Of a DNA stretch of 64,000 nucleotides, positions 60,013 to 64,000 are shown in pieces (within the stretch, counting starts at the first letter, position 1; each line of letters starts with the position of its first letter). This DNA is from Heptranchias perlo. Its lineage: Eukaryota. The stretch lies in assembly GCF_035084215.1 (NCBI RefSeq), contig NC_090338.1, positions 53,444,001 through 53,508,000 on the forward strand. The letters run 5' to 3'. The notes beneath the pieces are model-generated. The model worked only from the letters and a program-made list of their open reading frames with translations. It had not been told where the DNA came from and made no database searches. Made by a program: the position numbers and the translations under genes.

Positions 60013-63000
60013 CTGGTGCCAGGGTCAAGGATGTCACTGAGCAGCTGCAGAACACTTTGAAGGGGGAGGGTGAACAGCCAGCGGTCATGGTCCATATCGG
60101 TACCAACGACATAAGTAGAAAGGGGGATGAGGTCCTGCAGGCAGATTTTAGGGAGCTAGCAAAGAAATTTAATAAGCAGGACCTCAAAGTTGGTAATCTC
60201 CGGATTACTCCGTGCCACGTGCTAGTGAGTATAGGAATAGAAGGATAGAGCAGATGAATGCGTGGATGGAGAGATGGTGCAGGAGGGAGGGGTTTAGATT
60301 CCCGGGGCATTGGGACCAGTTCTGGGGGAAGTGGGACCTGTACAAGCCAGACGGGTTGCACCCCAACAGAGCTGGGACCAATGTCCTTGTGGGGAGGTTC
60401 AGTAGTGCTGTGGGGGAGGGTTTAAACTAATTTGGTAGTAGGATGGGCACCAGGATATAGCATTGGAAAGGAGAAAAAGGTGTACAAAGGATTGGAAGAG
60501 ACAGATAGCACTAGAGTAAGAAATAGTATGGTATTAGGTGGGTTCAGACAGAGTACAAGAAGGTCTAAGGTTTACAGTGCATATGTGTAAACACACAAAG
60601 TGTAGTAAATAAGATTGGTGAGCTGCAGGCGCAATTAGCCACGTGGGAATATGATGCCTTGACGATAACTGAGACCTGGCTCAAAAAAGGGCAGGATTGG
60701 GTACTAAATATTCCTGGATACAAGGTGTGAAGGAAAGAAAAGGGGGTGGGGGGGTTGGCAATATTGCAGTCCTGGAGAGGGGATGTCTTGGTGGGGTCAG
60801 GGACAGAATCTATTTGGTTAGAGTTAAGAAACAATAGAGGTGCCATTATATTACTGGGTGTATTCGATAAGCCACCAACTAATGGGAAGGAGATAGAGGA
60901 GCAAATTTGTAGGAAAATTAGAGATGTGCAAGAGCCATAGTCTAGTGATAATGGGGAACTTCAACTGGGATAGTAATAGTCTAAAGGACATAGAGGGGGA
61001 GGAATTTCTGAAGTATTCAGGAAAACTTTGGTGACCAATATGTTTCCAGCCCAATGAGGAAGGAGGCATTGCTGGATTTCATTCTGGGGAATGAGGTGGG
61101 CCAAGTGGAGCAAATGTCAGTGGGGGAACATTTGAGGAACAGAGATCATAGTATCATAAGATGGATTAGCTATCGAAAGGCCAAGGACTACTCTAAAGCA
61201 AAAATACTCAATGGAGGAGGGCCAATTTCAGTGGGATGAGAACTGATCTGGCCTGGGTAAATTGGATTCAAAGATCGGCAGGCAAAACTGTAATTGAACA
61301 ATGAGCGGCCTTTAATGAGATGGTTCGGGTACAGTCTAGGTACATTCCCACAAGGGAGGAAGGTAGGGCAACTAACGTCAGAGCTCCCTGGATGACGAGT
61401 GATTAAGATGAAGCAGAAAAAGGGGACATATGACAGATGTAAGGTTGATAATACAAGGTGAGAACTAGGCTGAATATAGAAAGTTCAGAGGGGAAGTGAA
61501 AAAGGAAAAAGAGGGGCAAAGAGAGTATGAGAATAGACTGGCAGCAAACATGAAAGGGAATCCAAAATCTTCTGTAGGCATATAAACAGTAAACGGGTAG
61601 TAAGAGGAGGGGTGGGACCATGGAGGTGGAGGGCGTGGCTGAGGTAATAAATGAGTATTTTACATCTGTCTTTACCAAGGAAGAAGATGCTGCCAAAGTC
61701 ACAGTAAAAGAAGAGGCAGTTGAGATACTGGATGGGCTAAAAATTGATAGAGGAGGTACTAGAAAGGCTGGCTGTACTTAAAATAGATAAATCACTCGGT
61801 CCGGATGGGATGCATCCTAGGTTGCTGAGGGAAGTAAGGGTGGAAATTGCGGAGGTACTGGCCATAATCTTCCAATCATCCTTAGATACGGATGCCAGAG
61901 GACTGGAGAATTGCAAATGTTACACCCTTGTTTGAAAAAGGGTGTAAGGATAAACCTGGCAACTACAGGCCAGTCAATTTAATCTCAGTGATGGGGAAGC
62001 TTTTAGAAATGATAATCCGGGACAAATTAATAGTCACTTGGACAAGTGTGGATTAATAAAGCAAAACCAGCACGGTTTGTGAAAAGCAAATCGTGTTTAA
62101 CTAGCTTGAGTTTTTTGATGAGATCAGAGTTGATGAGGGCAATGTGGTTGACGTAGTGAATATGGACTTCCAAAAGACGTTTGATAAAGTGCCACATAAT
62201 AGCCTTGTCAGCGAAATTGAAGGCCAGGGAATAAATGGGACAGTGACAGCATGGATGCAAAATTGTCTAAGTGACAGGAAACAGAGTAGTGGTGAACAGT
62301 GGTTTTTTGGACTGGAGGGAGGTATACAGTGGTGTTCCCCAGGGGCAGGTACTAGGATCACTGCTTTTCTTGATATATATTAATAACTTGGACTTGGGTG
62401 TACAGGGCACAATTTCTAAATTTGCAGATAACACAACTTGGAAGTGTAGTGAACAGTGAGGAGGATAGTGATAGTCTTCAAGAGGACATAGACAGGCTGA
62501 TGGAATGGGTGGACACATGGCAGATGAAATTTAACTCGAGCGAAGTGATACATTTTGGTAGGAAGAACGAGGAGAGGCAATATAAACTAAAGGGTACAAT
62601 TCTAAAAGGGGTGCAGGCACATAGAGATTTGGGGGTATTTGTGCACAATTCGTTGAAGGTGGCAGGGCAGGTTAAGAAAGCATACAGAATCCTGGCCTTT
62701 ATAAATAGAGGCATAGAGTACCAAAGCAAGGAAGTTATGATGAACCTTTATAAAACACTTGTTTGGTCACAACTGGAGTATTGTGTCCAATTCTAGGCAC
62801 CAGACTTAACGAAGGATGTGAAGGCCTTAGAGAGGGTGCAAAAGAGATTTACTAGAATGGTTCCAGGGATGAAGGACTTCAGTTACGTGGATAGACTGGA
62901 GAAGCTGGGGTTGTTCTCCTTAGTGCAGAGAAGGTTGAGAGGAGATTTGATAGATGTATTCAAAATCATGAAGGGTCTAGACAGTGTAGATAGAGAGAAA

Positions 63001-63305
63001 CTGTTCCCATTGGTGGAAGGGTCAAGAACTAGAGGACATAAATTTAAGGTGATTGGCAAAAGAACTAAAGGTGACATGAGGAAAACTTTTTTACACGGCA
63101 AGTGGTTATGATCTGGAATGCACTACCTGAGGGGGTGGTGGAGGCAGATTTAATCGTGGCTTTCAAAAGAGAGTTCGTTAAGTACTTGAAGGGAAAAAAT
63201 TTGCACGGCTACGGGGAAAGGGCGGGTGAGTGGGATTAGCTGGATTGTTCTTGCGAAGATGAGCCAAATGGCCTCCTTTCATGCTGTAACCAATCTATGA
63301 TTCTT
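60013..63305 (+). mobile_element. CR1 LINE with ORF1 esterase remnant and ORF2
   Basis: GEQPAVMVHIGTND, DGLHPNRAG (SGNH-like ORF1), ITETWL, DFQKTFDKVPH, RRLRGDLID; tail TCTATGATTCT. Confidence 0.92.
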
Positions 63306-64000
63306 TGATAAATAATGAAAGAATTTTCCTGTTGATTGGTGATATTGGTAATGTGGGGTTGTAGGCTTACTTGAAGAGAAAAGGGGAAAGTTAAAAGAAT
63401 TTTTTTCAGAGGGTTATTAGAATATGGAATGATATACCATGGGTGGCTATTAGACACATTATAACCTAATTTAGAAGGAATTTGGATAAGTATTTGAAAA
63501 GGAAAAAATATAGAGGACATAGGAAAAGGAGAAATAGGATTGAAGCAGATAGCTCCAGTTGAAGAGGTAGCACCAGCACAGGTATGATGGCCTCAATGGT
63601 TCCTCCGATGCTGTAATTGCTACCCTCAGCTAGTATAGCAAGATCTGATCACCTTCTGAGTTGATTAGGCTTCCTGGGTTGGTCAGGTGCACTTCCATCA
63701 AATCTACAGTGGGCTGACAACAATCTAAGAATCTGTACAGTCCAGTGTTGCCACAGTGGAGGAACCAAAAAATTGCACAGAACACAGCAATGATGAATTC
63801 TTAATATATGTATATCACACTAATCATGAGCTCTCTTTCTCAACAGGTTAGTGCATCATATACTTTTTATTGGCTGATCTTTTTAATGCATCCTAGCTAT
63901 ATCTGCATATTGACTGACATTTGTGTTATCTAGCTTTGTTTCAATTTAAGGAATTGCATTTATTGAATACGTCTGATGTGTTGGCTGTGGCTCAGTGGTA

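Larger units (their letters stand above)
58740..63615 (+). mobile_element. Old CR1 (58740-60012, 63306-63615) hosting the 194-bp insert and a younger CR1
   Basis: Decayed GPD..HPKFLKEV, SGVP, KFTDTK; 3' part resumes after 63305. Confidence 0.7.

Noticed and set aside
44953-64000. Downstream CPEB4 exons or a CPEB3-type HDV-like ribozyme in the intron
   Set aside because: None recognised by eye; a descriptor or covariance search would be needed to exclude a ribozyme
63985-64000. tRNA gene start (TGGCTCAGTGGTA)
   Set aside because: Cut by the window edge and matches SINE heads seen elsewhere; no cloverleaf can be tested

Overview
Vertebrate genomic DNA, most likely a cartilaginous fish (inferred from the CR1/HER1-type LINEs, DeuSINE-like SINEs and Harbinger content). 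The only host gene I can support is the large first coding exon of CPEB4 (+, ATG 43831 to splice donor after 44952), with a GC-rich promoter, a 5' leader holding one uORF and two start-stop elements, and more than 19 kb of intron 1 running off the window. The rest is mostly transposon-derived. It includes a near full-length CR1 interrupted by an inverted copy of the same subfamily (about 1.45 kb inverted repeat), many nested CR1, L2 and other LINE fragments, and two SINE families. It also has a full-length but decayed two-gene Harbinger (intron-containing Myb/SANT gene plus convergent HARBI1-type transposase), a second Harbinger Myb remnant and several Harbinger-type MITEs sharing a splice-donor plus GGAG-hairpin module. 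Other notable items are a perfect 44-bp palindrome inside a decayed SINE, a multi-hairpin element with a degenerate hammerhead-like core, and an unexplained 194-bp duplication. Most TE boundaries are approximate (read by eye), and no database searches were run.
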